Shown here: positions 1 to 12,043 of the stretch, piece after piece | Layout: each line of letters begins with the position of its first letter | Position numbering within the stretch: the stretch's first letter is position 1 | Assembly (NCBI GenBank): GCA_003427395.1 | Contig: BFEA01000031.1 | Span: 4,128,969 to 4,186,986, forward strand | From: Chara braunii | Lineage: Eukaryota; Plantae; Charophyceae | Reading direction: 5' to 3' | Length of the DNA: 58,018 nucleotides | The notes under the pieces: generated by a model | Seen by the model: the letters and a program-made list of their open reading frames with translations, nothing else | Database searches by the model: none | Told to the model about the DNA's origin: nothing | Translations under genes and position numbers: made by a program

Positions 1-15
1 GGAGTTTGGTTTGTC

Positions 16-47
<32 letters not shown>

Positions 48-2319
48 GATTAAAAAAAAAAAGAAAAAAAAAAGTGATGTTTTTTTTGCCGATTTGAACT
101 TGGACGACGAGGATGTTGCCATTAAGTGTTTTTTTTGCCGTTTTGAACTTTGAAGACGAGGACATTGCCATTTAGTGTTTTTTTTTCCGTTTTGAACTAA
201 AAGTGTGACCCAGGAGCAGTTTCCCCTTTTATTTTTCCTTCTATTCATCTATTTCTTTTTTTTTTTCATTCATCTGTTTCTTTTTTCTCTTCTTCTTTTT
301 TGCTCTTCACAATCTACGTCCGGGCTGTGTCCTACCGGTAGCTCCAGCCTCGGCATGGCTCGGCATACCGGTAGGCCAGGGCCCGGACTCGATAGCTGAG
401 CCAGATACTGGTGGTTTAAGGACCGGACTAACATAGAGGCTTCCTTCCCGCTACGCCCTCCCTCGGATTTTCCAGATCCCTTCCCTCCTCACGCCCTGTC
501 TCTAACAGAGATTCTGACTCTCCTTTACATCCTCCTCTGCATCCTCAAAGACTCATAAGCGGAATGCCTCCTGGGAGCCCCCTTGAGGAGGACCCCGCCT
601 ATGCTTTCTCCCGTTTCTACAATCTGTTGGGGTAGTTAAAGCTGTCATTTTGAGTATTCTGAAGTAACTGAGCATGGTTTGGAGTGAGTAGTTCCTCTGG
701 ATAGTATCAGTCCCTCGCTGTCTATCTGACTCCCTTCTCATAAGGGTGAAGAGATACGAAGGACATTGGCTGCTCTGCATGCTCATACAAGACTACACAA
801 GACTACACCGGTGGAGGTTACACAGGGCCTGCTCAGTCAATCCCCTGGTTTTCAGGGTAATCGATGCTGGCAGACTCCACAGTCACTGTTTTCATTCTTC
901 TATATGTGGAACACNNNNNNNNNNNNNNNNNNNNNNNNNNNNNNNNNNNNNNNNNNNNNNNNNNNNNNNNNNNNNNNNNNNNNNNNNNNNNNNNNNNNNN
1001 NNNNNNNNNNNNNNNNNNNNNNNNNNNNNNNNNNNNNNNNNNNNNNNNNNNNNNNNNNNNNNNNNNNNNNNNNNNNNNNNNNNNNNNNNNNNNNNNNNNN
1101 NNNNNNNNNNNNNNNNNNNNNNNNNNNNNNNNNNNNNNNNNNNNNNNNNNNNNNNNNNNNNNNNNNNNNNNNNNNNNNNNNNNNNNNNNNNNNNNNNNNC
1201 ACTGTTTTCATTCTTCTATATGTGGAACACTGGACCTGGACTACACCACTCAGTCTGGACAAAACACAGGGCCTGCTCAGTCAATCCCCTGGTTAGCAGG
1301 GCAATCAACGCTGGCAGACCCACCGTCACTGTTCTCATTTTCTCAAGATACCCCCTTTTTCTGTATATGGGACGCTGGACCCGTTTTCCAGGAGGTGACG
1401 CTCCCCACCAATAGATGGCGCCTCTTCCCAGGTGTTAGTGGTGTCTGCTCTTACCAGCAGCACTAACACTGGTGCGGGTGTGTTTTTTTTTTTTTTTTTT
1501 TAAAAAAAAAAGAAAAAAGGAAGTACAGGCCTGCCGCAAAACGGCTGGTGGCGGCGCCAGGTACATTCGTGCCGCTTCGTTTTTTTGCATCGTGCAGGGC
1601 ATATTCAGGGCCGCGGCCGATATATGGGAAAGGTACTGGTGGTTTGACGATTTAACATTTAAAATTTTATATCCATCGTTTCCGTCAACCATTAAAGTTG
1701 TTGTCCACAATGAACCCATATATATGAACTAGATCACATGTCATCAACGGCTACAATTGTTGGCACAACTTGGCAGCTTTTGCCGTAACTACAGATCGTC
1801 CAAGTCCTTGCATTTTTTGGGCAATCATGGTGATAAATGGGTGGGAATTGAACACTCATGTTGTCATGGACCCCGAGCTTCAAAGCTTCAATGCTTTGAT
1901 GAATAATCAATGCAACTTGCCCCACAATGGCAGATGGGTGACACCTTCGACACCTGGGAAACGTGGTCCCGACACATACAGATTCTGATGCGTTTGCTGC
2001 AATTTCTCTGACGGAAGACCAACTGCAACAGAGCAACTGCAACCAGCAATAGCTCAGAGAAATTGCTGATGCAAAAGGCAAGAAAAAGATCAGTGACGTT
2101 CCACAAGCCAAAAGGAACTCAGACTACCGTCCTCCCCCAAATAAAGAGATGGCTGCAATATATGTACAGTCTGTACTTAGCCCCTTTCCCGGCCAGATAC
2201 GGCGAATACATTGTGTAATGACCTCGCCCAGCTATTGAAGCCGAGCCTTGGAGCCCAGCCTGAAAGTGCCCTGACGCCAGAAAAGAAGGAGTTGGTAGGG
2301 TAGGTATATAAATCGCTCC

Positions 2320-3105
2320 GGCTAGTCTGAGTTCCGCCTAGCCCTGGGCAAGTTGGGCAAAGGATGGCAGGATGTGTCCGTGGGCGCCAGCTTGCCTTGC
2401 CTAGTAGGTACTCCTGCTGTCTAGACTCTCTGATATTGGGCCTGTAGAAAAAGGATTGTATGAGCCGGCAAAGTTCGTCCGCTTCCGCTTCCACCAGGGC
2501 TGGGGGGCTGCCCAGCCTTGGTGCTTGTCACTGCTGTCTGGTCCAAGCTGCCCTGGATATAGGTAGGGTGATGGTCCTGAGCCCTGGTCACACTGAGGAA
2601 AGATAGTAGGGATAGGGGGTGTGCTGGGAGAATTAACGTGGGGAAGGGTAGGTAAGGTGGCCTATCCTGTCAGGACAACCATCAGCTGCCGCCGTGGGTC
2701 TGGTCCTTGGCCTGGGAAAAAAAGAGGAGTTGCGCATAAAATGCCAAATTGGTGAAAAAGGCCTAGCGTGATGGTCACAGTGAGGTAAGATAGTATGGAT
2801 AGGGGGTGTGCTGGGATAATTAATGTGGGGAAGGGTAGGAAAGGTGGCCTATCCTATCAGGACAACCATCAGCTGCCGCCGGGGGTCTGGTCCTTGGCCT
2901 CTACAACACCCTCAGGCTGGGCTTTTTATAAAAAGGAGAAGAAAAGAAAAAAGAGCAGCTGTGCATAGAATGCGCACTTAGTGCCAACGGACTGTGATAG
3001 TCCTCTGGATACCCCTGATCGGTATTAGCGGGGTATATGACCAACACGAGTGTGAGTGTGAGCGCGAGCGGGTTGTGTGTGGTGTGTGGGAGAGTGTTGG
3101 CCATA
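2320..3105. repeat. Unclassified dispersed repeat with internal ~190-bp duplication (homolog 14829-14868 + 17329-18015)
   Basis: GGATGTGTCC, GTCTGGTCCAAG and GGTGGCCTATCCT are shared in the same order. Confidence 0.7.
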
Positions 3106-3934
3106 GCCTCTGCTGCTACTCGATGAAGGGTGGGGGACGATGAGNNNNNNNNNNNNNNNNNNNNNNNNNNNNNNNNNNNNNNNNNNNNNNNNNNNNNNNN
3201 NNNNNNNNNNNNNNNNNNNNNNNNNNNNNNNNNNNNNNNNNNNNNNNNNNNNNNNNNNNNNNNNNNNNNNNNNNNNNNNNNNNNNNNNNNNNNNNNNNNN
3301 NNNNNNNNNNNNNNNNNNNNNNNNNNNNNNNNNNNNNNNNNNNNNNNNNNNNNNNNNNNNNNNNNNNNNNNNNNNNNNNNNNNNNNNNNNNNNNNNNNNN
3401 NNNNNNNNNNNNNNNNNNNNNNNNNNNNNNNNNNNNGAAAAAGGCCTAGAAATAGTCCACTGGGGGAGACATGATCCAAATCCACCTCACCTTTCAGAGG
3501 ACGGACATGATAGTGGAAGGGGGGGCAAGTTCACAACACAGTGCGGGAAGGGTCTGTCCCCCACAGTGGCTTACGGTTTGTCGAAAGAGCTGAGGCACCC
3601 AAGCCTTGGACCTTTGGTCCACTACATGTGGAAAATGAGAATGAATCATTGCGTAGAGCCTGGCAAAATACACCGCCATAATTTTTGTCGTTTGTGGACG
3701 TGGAGCGAGGCCCCTCCCATACATATATCTCAATGGTAAAAAACATGGAACTTTTATTTTACTGCAGTGAACAGATGATCGAACCAGTCATGCTAAGGCC
3801 TACAGAACAAATTCCCTCGCCCCACCGCACAACATTTGAAATGTATTTGTGGGCGAAATTCGTCCGGACACATTCAAAATGTTTGGTCAGTCCCGGCGAA
3901 TTTTGTCGAACGTAGATTAGTGGAGCGAGGGACG

Positions 3935-3987
3935 AAGTGTAGTATCTGTTCTGATCAGTTTAATATCTGATCCGTGGTCCATCGGAC

Positions 3988-4020
<33 letters not shown>

Positions 4021-4023
4021 AAA
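3935..4023 (+). pseudogene. U2: Truncated U2 snRNA retrocopy with poly(A)
   Basis: AAGTGTAGTATCTGTTCTGATCAGTTTAATATCTGAT plus stem IIb, then (CA)n and an A run; 5' end and Sm half are missing. Confidence 0.9.
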
Positions 4024-4123
4024 CTTCACAGTAGTAGCCGTGCTTACAACCTCTTGTGAAAGCAATTGAGTTCACAGCTGCAACAGCCGTGCTTACAAGT
4101 TACAACCTCTTGTGAAGGCTCGA

Positions 4124-4242
4124 CCCGTCCCATAACTGCTGCCCATTTCCCAACCCCAACGACAGCAGGGGCTTCTTTTCTCTTCTCTTCTGCTCACTCC
4201 ATACTACAATGGTATATAAACTGCAATTTCCATTGATATAGC
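4124..4242 (+). promoter_or_regulatory. U1 upstream promoter (USE-like GTCCCATAACT 4127-4137; TATATAAA 4213-4220)
   Basis: About 120 bp that align collinearly with the upstream region of U1 copy 2. Confidence 0.7.
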
Positions 4243-4405
4243 ATACTTACCTGGCCGGGGCGTATCCGTGATCAAAAAGGCGGACGGCCTAGGTTGCAGG
4301 GTCTCCCATTGCACTTTGGGACTCGCCTGGCCTAAGTCATACCCACAGCGGTATTACTACGGCATTATTTGTGGTAGCGGGGGCACGCGTTCGCGCGGCC
4401 CCCAA
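4243..4405 (+). ncRNA. U1: U1 snRNA gene (copy 1)
   Basis: 5' ATACTTACCTGG, loop I GATCAAAAAG, loop II ATTGCAC, Sm site ATTTGTGG, terminal GC hairpin with TTCG loop; TATA at -30; no poly(A) tail. Confidence 0.95.
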
Positions 4406-4450
4406 CGAAACGTAACGTTAAGGAGGAGAGATCAATAAAACATCACCGGA

Positions 4451-4672
4451 CGGTCTATCTCAGTTGGTAAGGCTCGCAAGTGGCATTCGGGGGGTCATGG
4501 GTTCAATCCCATTGGCCTCATGCCTTCCTGGGATTACTTGGCACCTGTTACCCAAGAGATAGATCATTGGATCTCCCGATCGGCATCAAGCAGAGTCTGC
4601 TATGTTCGTTGGGGAGGGGGGGATTGGTCCGCTTTATCCCTGGTGCTACCGGCCGTCCCCTGGCCGGTATCC
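4451..4672 (+). mobile_element. tRNA-derived SINE (tRNA-Ala-like head)
   Basis: A-box-like TATCTCAGTTGG, B-box GGTTCAATCCC, no intact cloverleaf; body shared with 20040-20288. Confidence 0.75.
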
Positions 4673-4756
4673 TGCAGGCTCGAGGGGCCGTAAAAACACG
4701 ACTCTGGCGCCCCGCAAGCTGCCAGTCCGGCAAGGCCCGGGCTGCCGACGCGACTA

Positions 4757-5791
4757 GTGCCCCGGGGGGTTTCTTCGGGCGCTAGGCCTGTGCGCGCGCC
4801 CAGCAGATGTGTGTGGTGTCTTGCCACGTGGATGGAGGGAGGCACGGCGACGGAGGAAGTGTTTGCGTGGTCCATTGCAATAACTTACAAGCTACAGCTG
4901 GAGGAGATGCATGCCACGCTGTGCCAGGCGAGAGTGGATCTGCTGTACGAGGTCCTGCTGGAGGGAGAGGACATCTACGATGGGTTGGATGATGAGCTCT
5001 ATGAGCTGATTTCTTCTCGACAGCAGGACGCGGGCGATAAAGAGCCAGCGATTGCGGTTTTTTATGATTGCGTTGAGATGGTGCAGCGAATTAAAAACAA
5101 GTTCTCTGACCTGTTGGCGAGAAGACACACACGTGACTTGTCAAGCACCGCGATACAGATAGCAACGATACCTCCAGCATCATTTACAACATCACCAACA
5201 ACATTGACGTCACCGATTGTGGCATTCACGACGACGACATCATCATCTGCAGCAGCGACGTCATTGATCACTGCGAGTTCTGTTCAGCAAGGGGGGCTGC
5301 TTGAGCAAGCTGGCGAGGTGAGGGGGCAGGAGCCGCAGGACGAGGGGCTGCCCTCCTGTGCCGAATGTGCGGATCAGATATGTTTCGACGTCAACGCGCT
5401 TACAAATTGTGGGGGCAGGGGCCTTGAGGGGGGGCGGGGCCTGTGCGCCGGGATTGACGAGTGTGTATATAAGGATGACGCTCAAAACGCTGTGGTCGGC
5501 CTTAGTGATTGTGTCCTCGCTGCTGACGATATGGGTGACGGGCGCTGTGGTGAAAACAACAACAACAATAAGGCTGATTACATAGCATGCAATGGTCGCG
5601 GTGGTGAAAATAACAACAGCAATAAGGCTGATTACATAGCATGCAGCAATAAAATCTGCGATAACACCGATCAGGGGGAAGATACTGATAGGGAGGTAAG
5701 TGCGATTAGGTTGCTTCTTTCTTCTCAGTTCTCCTCTCCTGTTCTGCTTTCGTTTCTATGTGCTGTGCGGCACGACTGGGGTCAGGGGTGA
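4757..5791 (+). CDS. Hypothetical 344-codon ORF, probably repeat-derived
   Basis: Open frame with an acidic helical segment and low-complexity Thr/Ser and Asn repeats; no recognised domain. Confidence 0.25.
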   Translation: MPRGVSSGARPVRAPSRCVWCLATWMEGGTATEEVFAWSIAITYKLQLEEMHATLCQARVDLLYEVLLEGEDIYDGLDDELYELISSRQQDAGDKEPAIAVFYDCVEMVQRIKNKFSDLLARRHTRDLSSTAIQIATIPPASFTTSPTTLTSPIVAFTTTTSSSAAATSLITASSVQQGGLLEQAGEVRGQEPQDEGLPSCAECADQICFDVNALTNCGGRGLEGGRGLCAGIDECVYKDDAQNAVVGLSDCVLAADDMGDGRCGENNNNNKADYIACNGRGGENNNSNKADYIACSNKICDNTDQGEDTDREVSAIRLLLSSQFSSPVLLSFLCAVRHDWGQG

Positions 5792-6204
5792 GACGGCTGG
5801 GCGAGTGGGAGGTGTGTGGGACTGGGAGAGGGCGTGGGATTGTGGGGGGAGGGTTGGTGGCGGGAAGGGGTAGGATAGGTGCTGCTTTCACCTCCCCGGT
5901 CAAAACGCGATTTCGAATAATGAGAATCGGGGGGGAGGTGGTTGAGGGAAGTTGACGGGTTTTCGTTTTTGGTGATGATCGATGCGGAAATGGCGTTCCC
6001 CTCCCACTTAATAGTAGATGATAAGGGTTTGGCGAGGGTGTTTCGATAGGGATGAGCAACTGACTGCCTCGTTAAGGGGGTAACTCCGGTTGCTTATCGG
6101 GATATTTTGCGCCATGTGTAGGTGTGAATTGTTATGCCTGGCTTTAGACCTCACACGTGGCGCGCTGACATGATGGGTGTTATATTTGCCCACGTGGATT
6201 GGCA

Positions 6205-6492
6205 GAGTGTTGGCCACGTGGTGTGCTGATGACTTGGTAGACGATATAAACCTCTATAATCTCTCGCTCCGGCTGCCCCTCCCTGTTATTGGTAGATCGT
6301 AAGGATGTCGGAGGTTGCGGAGTGTTGGCCACGTGGTGTGCTGATGACCTGGTAGACGATATAAACCTCTATAATCTCGCGGAGTGTTGGCCACGTGGTG
6401 TGCTGATGACCTGGCAGACGATATAATCCTCTATAATCTCGCGCTCCGACTGCCCCTCCCTGTTATTGGTAGATCGCAAGGGTGTCGGAGGG
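6205..6492. repeat. Imperfect tandem repeat, three copies of GAGTGTTGGCCACGTGGTGTGCTGATGAC
   Basis: Units start near 6206, 6320 and 6382. Confidence 0.85.
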
Positions 6493-6656
6493 GGAATCTT
6501 GTTCTCATAATGATGAGCAGCAAACCCTCAGCAGCAACGGTAATCAATGCTGCTCATCAACTTATGTAGCGCTGTGTGTTGGCTGGCCTGTACTGGTTGT
6601 GCATGATTGCTGTCCGGTCGACACGTGGCTCGCTGATATGATTCCATAATTGTCAA

Positions 6657-6773
6657 GGGACGCTGGACCCGATTTCCAGCAGGTGTTGCTCCCCACCAAT
6701 AGATGGAGCCTCCCCGGGCATGCTAGTGGTGTTTTCTCTTATCAGCATCACTAGCATCCAACAGGGCTGCTTT

Positions 6774-6846
<73 letters not shown>
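6657..6846 (+). mobile_element. Structured poly(A)-tailed short repeat, TGGGACG family (others 1368-1482 +, 7481-7592 -, 11123-11254 -, 14714-14808 +, 25197-25320 +, tail only 1-42)
   Basis: Shared head GGGACGCTGGACCCGRTTTCCAGCAG, two to three hairpins, long A tails in most copies. Confidence 0.8.
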
Positions 6847-6847
<1 letters not shown>

Positions 6848-9800
6848 GCACGCTGCGACGGACAATGGGTTTGTTCAGCTGGGGGCTGTGCTCTACTCAG
6901 TTGGGCAGGAGGTACAGCTGACGGAATTTTACTAGATCGAGTCCTTGCAGCAATTGCTAACAAGGCGAGAAGTTGGAGTAATTGAGGGAGTCCTCACCGA
7001 CTCCTCAGCTGCAATGTCCAATGTATATATCGACATGTTTCAGCATAGAATCTAGGGAGTCCTTATGGAATTCTAGTGCATTTGTAATTTGGTACCAACC
7101 AGACTCCAGATTCATGAAACTCACAACCTCGGTCACACCTCGGGTGAGGTCTATCTGAGAGTGCAGGCACCTTCCCAGCGCTCACCAGCCGGGGCGCGGT
7201 CTGAATGTAAACGGCGAGTTGGTGCGTTTTTTTGGTCACGCATCTCGGGAGAGTCCCTTTTTTTTTGAGAAAACTACGGCGCAGTCAGGGTTTGAGTTTG
7301 TAATTGCACTTGTCAATGAGGCAAAAGGGCTGGTAATGCTGAATGTATATGACCTACGTTTTGGGTCCGGTGGGGTCGCGTGTGGGTGTGTTGTATTCGT
7401 GGGATTGCCTGAAGTGCAATTACAAACGGTTTTTGTGACTGCGCCGAAGTTACCCCTCTTTTTTATACTATGAGAACAACCCGAGGCGGTGCTAGGTGTG
7501 CTGATAAGAGCAGGCAACACTAGCACTCTCGGGGAGGCTCCACCTCTTTGGTGGGGAGCAGCACCTGCTGGAAACTGGGTCCAGCATGTCCCTGAACATT
7601 GTTGTTGACTGTTTGGATGCATTGGACGTGTGACCGCAATGACTGCAAACTGCAGGGGTAACGCCGTAACGGGGTTCACCCAGAAAGTAGGAAAACTGAC
7701 AGTCAAGCAACACAGCAGTCCGGGCCGGTTGCCTACATGACAGTAGGCTGTGAGTGATACTAGCCAATTCCGGTCCCAAGGCTTCTATCTGCGTTCTTGT
7801 AGGTTAGAAAACCTCCCATTTCCGTACCCCACCCTTTGGATCTTGGAGCGATAGTGTGTGACTTCTGCTGGCTGTGTGCAGTTTGTCAATCAGTAATGAC
7901 ATGTGCCCGGGAGCATAGTACAGAGTGGATGCCTGTGTCAGTGCTGTGTGAGAGCTGTGTGGCCCTCTTTACTGGTGTGACCTAGAGCAGAAAATGAAAT
8001 GCAATCCGCCCGAGGCAAGATGGAAGATGGAAGAGTAGTGAGACTGGCAGGCCTTGACAGCATGAGAGAGGGCTGGCAGGGCAGGGCAGCCGTAACAGAA
8101 GCAGACTACTATGTGGTCAGGCCGGAAATGACAAGCTTATGGCTGTTTGTTGTTTGCTGGGACTGTGGCCGATTCGCTTCCGAGTCCTGACCCCTGGGCT
8201 CCGTTCTCCCATGGAGCTGCTAGTGTTACAGTGTTACCCCTCCCGTCTTGGTGCACCACCTCATCTATTGGCACAGTCCTATTCCGCAGCCCCCCTTAAG
8301 TCTATTTGTTGCCCAATGTCTTCATCCTCCGCAATTTCCTGTCTTCTGGTGTTCACGTCTGTGGTTGCAGTCGAGTTTCGGCTGACGTCAGCAAGTTTCA
8401 TGGCCAGGACTTCTTTCACTTGCTGGAGAAGCCTGAGAAGGAGCGAGGAAGGGGATGAGGAGGGAGGGTGACAGGAGGCGGAGGGGTGAAGAGGGGTTGG
8501 GTTGGTGGTGCATCTGGCTAGGATGGGGGGGCTGGGGGTTTTGTGGTGGCGGTGTTTCTGGTACTGGCGGAGGGGGATGAGGGGTGCATGGTGGCGGNNN
8601 NNNNNNNNNNNNNNNNNNNNNNNNNNNNNNNNNNNNNNNNNNNNNNNNNNNNNNNNNNNNNNNNNNNNNNNNNNNNNNNNNNNNNNNNNNNNNNNNNNNN
8701 NNNNNNNNNNNNNNNNNNNNNNNNNNNNNNNNNNNNNNNNNNNNNNNNNNNNNNNNNNNNNNNNNNNNNNNNNNNNNNNNNNNNNNNNNNNNNNNNNNNN
8801 NNNNNNNNNNNNNNNNNNNNNNNNNNNNNNNNNNNNNNNNNNNNNNNNNNNNNNNNNNNNNNNNNNNNNNNNNNNNNNNNNNNNNNNNNNNNNNNNNNNN
8901 NNNNNNNNNNNNNNNNNNNNNNNNNNNNNNNNNNNNNNNNNNNNNNNNNNNNNNNNNNNNNNNNNNNNNNNNNNNNNNNNNNNNNNNNNNNNNNNNNNNN
9001 NNNNNNNNNNNNNNNNNNNNNNNNNNNNNNNNNNNNNNNNNNNNNNNNNNNNNNNNNNNNNNNNNNNNNNNNNNNNNNNNNNNNNNNNNNNNNNNNNNNN
9101 NNNNNNNNNNNNNNNNNNNNNNNNNNNNNNNNNNNNNNNNNNNNNNNNNNNNNNNNNNNNNNNNNNNNNNNNNNNNNNNNNNNNNNNNNNNNNNNNNNNN
9201 NNNNNNNNNNNNNNNNNNNNNNNNNNNNNNNNNNNNNNNNNNNNNNNNNNNNNNNNNNNNNNNNNNNNNNNNNNNNNNNNNNNNNNNNNNNNNNNNNNNN
9301 NNNNNNNNNNNNNNNNNNNNNNNNNNNNNNNNNNNNNNATCCCAGACCGTGGCCATGCTGGGCCAGTCCGGCCTGGGTTAAAGGCCGGACCTTTGGAAAG
9401 GCCGACGGTTGGCTCCAGCAAACCGGTTTTAGACCCGCGCCTGCAACTGCAGGCCCGGAGCGGTAAACCGGCCCAAATGTTGTTCGTTTGAGCCTGGCGG
9501 CCGAGGATTGAGGCGGCCGATTCCTGCGGGTCTGATCTGAACCGCTGATCAAGTGGGACGGTCCAGATCACGGCGCGGTTTCACCAGCAGCCAGGCCAAA
9601 CAGGCCACCGCGGGTACTTAGGAACAGCCAATGGTCTCTTCGGGACAGACTCGGAGGCACGACATTGAGGAAGCAGCGCTGCGCTATTTTGGTTAGCGCA
9701 GCTCCAGGCAGTAGCGCTTGGTTTAGCCCTAGCTGCAGAGGCGAGAGCGAGAGAGAAACGACTTTCCTGCTACCTACCTGAGAGCACCATAGCTGCAGCG

Positions 9801-10583
9801 ACGAGGGCAAGTCTTCAGCAGCTCCAAGGTGGCACCTTGCACCTGCAGGTTGGTGCCTGGACACTGGATCAGGGCAGGAGGATCTTCCTCCGCCCCACCT
9901 CTCCATCTCCACCTTCTCCTCTGGCCCTCTCGGTTCTTCTTCCTCTCGGTTCTTCTTCTTCTTCATCATCTTCTTCTAACCTTCTACATTCTCGGTTACT
10001 ATGGGACAGAGATCGATGGTGACATTGGTTTAGTTCTGAGTACAGAACCTGTGAGAAGAAGACAGAAACGAATGTGCGCGTGACGTGGCCCTGGAATATA
10101 AGATTATCGTTCTGGCAGTTTTTTGTTTGCAAGTGCACGATCATCCAAACTACCCATGGACCCATACACACTATGACCTCATGTGATGACTAAATTACAG
10201 AGATACCCGCGCACCTTTACTTTTGCTCACACCAGCGCCTCCAGGACTGTAGACAAGAACACTTTTCCCAGCACCGTTCTATTTCACGAGGGGAAGCAAC
10301 ACAACCCAATACTACTGCCCAATCACATCAAATTCTGCCTAAGACTCGCACATACCGTGTCCAAGAAGCCAGCAGGAGAACATACAGACCATGAGATGTG
10401 AGGCCATCAGCGCTCTATATCTGTCACACAGTCTCACACTAGCACAGCCTGTCGCACACTACAACTACCCACGATATCTGAAGGGCCATGTCACATAACC
10501 CCAGGAAGGGGTGGTAACACCCTCATTTTTTTTTCATTTTTTTCGTTTTCTTAATTTTTTTTTTCTTTTTTTGTTTCACCCGT

Positions 10584-10943
10584 ATGGGGGATGGGCCGCG
10601 CTACGCTTCGCTGCAGTGCAATACGAAGGCAACACTGAAGGGACCGAGCAGGCAAGCCTGCCCTTATGGCCCCTCCGTAGCCCTAAAAAATAATTTAATA
10701 TCCTGTGACCCGATGTGCCACAGATCAGATATTAAACCACCAGTACTTGGGCACTGCGCGCCGCGCCGCGCCGGCCGCCCAAATCTCGAAGCAGCGCGGG
10801 CTGTCGATTCGATTTATCGACGGCCCGCCGGCCGCGGAAATCGCGTAGCGTTAACGCTAAGGCGTCGCCCAAGTACTGGTGGTTTAAACTGATCAGACGT
10901 TCAGAACAGATACTACACTTAGCCAAAAGGCAGAGAAAGGTGT
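10584..10943 (-). pseudogene. U2: Full-length U2 snRNA retrocopy interrupted by a MITE
   Basis: Reverse complement ACACCTTTCTCTGCCTTTTGGCTAAG..TGTAGTATCTGTTC, Sm-like ATTTTTTAG and loop IV ATTGCAC. A-rich tail; imperfect ~16-bp TSD (from 10524 and from 10944); 6-nt deletion and 8-nt insertion. Confidence 0.92.
10736..10883. mobile_element. MITE with TIR ACCACCAGTACTT and TTAA TSD (relatives 23077-23196, 25564-25713, 38954-~39095; lone ends near 410 and 1640)
   Basis: TTAA at 10732 and 10884; removing the element restores the U2 sequence CAGTTTAATATCTG exactly. Confidence 0.9.
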
Positions 10944-11120
10944 CATTTTTTTTCATTTTCTGTTATGGCAACTCTCACAATTTCTTGCAGCCAGTTCCCT
11001 TCCTGCAGAGAGTGGCTCTGAGCTGCTCCACTTAACATTTTGAATGTATTTAGAATGATACTGGTACCGTATGCATTCCATTCAGAAGGATGTCCTGGCG
11101 TCCCTCTCTGACGGACTCCG

Positions 11121-11192
<72 letters not shown>

Positions 11193-11328
11193 TAACACAA
11201 GCTCCATCTATTGGTGGGGAGCAACACCTGCTGGAAACCGGGTCCAGCGTCCCATTGAATTTTCTTTCCCTTCTCTAAAGTTTCACTTTGAACTTTCACT
11301 GCCTACCTAGACACTACCCCTAAGCCTA

Positions 11329-11433
11329 CCTTCTTCACCCGAAGTCAACGTACGGTCATTATAGCTGTATGTGAGGCATCTTTCAGTCTAGATACAGCTA
11401 TAATGACCGTACGTTGAAGTCGGGGGAAGAAGG
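11329..11433. mobile_element. Tc1/mariner(pogo)-type ~105-bp MITE, TIR CCKTCTTCCCCCGAA, TA TSD (others 23313-23417, ~39492-39597)
   Basis: Near-perfect palindrome flanked by TA. Confidence 0.85.
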
Positions 11434-11759
11434 TAGAGCAGGACGCCCCTGTAAGCACAGCCACCTCTCACAATGAAGGGGATGTATGTTCACCCCCACC
11501 CCCCCTCATTGGCGATGAATAGCTTAGGCCGGCTGCCAAGGGTGCCCACATGCTTTGGCCATGGGTACCCACATGCGCGAAGACGAGGGATATTGCCGGC
11601 AGCAGCACATTGTCGTCTGCCGGGGCACAGATCCCAGTTTTAAGCATGTGCTTATGGGCTCATGTTCAGGCCGAACTTCATCAAATAGCTGCCACTTCCC
11701 ATATGGAAAGTCTTTTCCAATGGATTGACATTCATACTCATTCAAAGTTCATTAAAATG

Positions 11760-11923
11760 TTGGGGGCCGCGCGGACGCGTGCCCCCGCTACCACAAAATA
11801 ATGCCGTAGTAATACCACTGTGGGTATGACTTAGGCCAGGCGAGTCCCAAAGTGCAATGGGAGACCCTGCAACCTAGGCCGTCCGCCTTTCTAATCACGG
11901 ATATGCCCCGGCCAGGTAAGTAT
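11760..11923 (-). ncRNA. U1: U1 snRNA gene (copy 2)
   Basis: Reverse complement starts ATACTTACCTGG and is near-identical to copy 1; loop I GATTAGAAAG, Sm site ATTTTGTGG. Confidence 0.93.
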
Positions 11924-12043
11924 GCAGAGTGATGGGAATTTGCGCATTATATACCATTGCAGTATGGAGTGCGCAGAAGACAAGAGAAAAGAAACCGCTG
12001 CTGCCGTTGGGGTTCGGAAAGGAGCAATAGTTATGGGACGGGG
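11924..12043 (-). promoter_or_regulatory. U1 copy 2 upstream promoter (TATATAA and GTCCCATAACT)
   Basis: Homologous to 4124-4242. Confidence 0.7.

Noticed and set aside
4451-4520. Functional tRNA-Ala gene
   Set aside because: Acceptor and anticodon stems do not pair, and the head is attached to a repeated SINE body.
4610-4672. Permuted twister ribozyme (GAGGG ... GTCCC)
   Set aside because: The conserved UAA and P2 pairing are absent.
6205-6450. Tandem hammerhead ribozymes (CTGATGA in each unit)
   Set aside because: GATA replaces the required GAAA and stems I and II do not pair convincingly.
8279-9571. Long ORFs across N gaps (also near 900, 3140, 20700, 42700, 56040)
   Set aside because: They are open only because of N runs or microsatellites.
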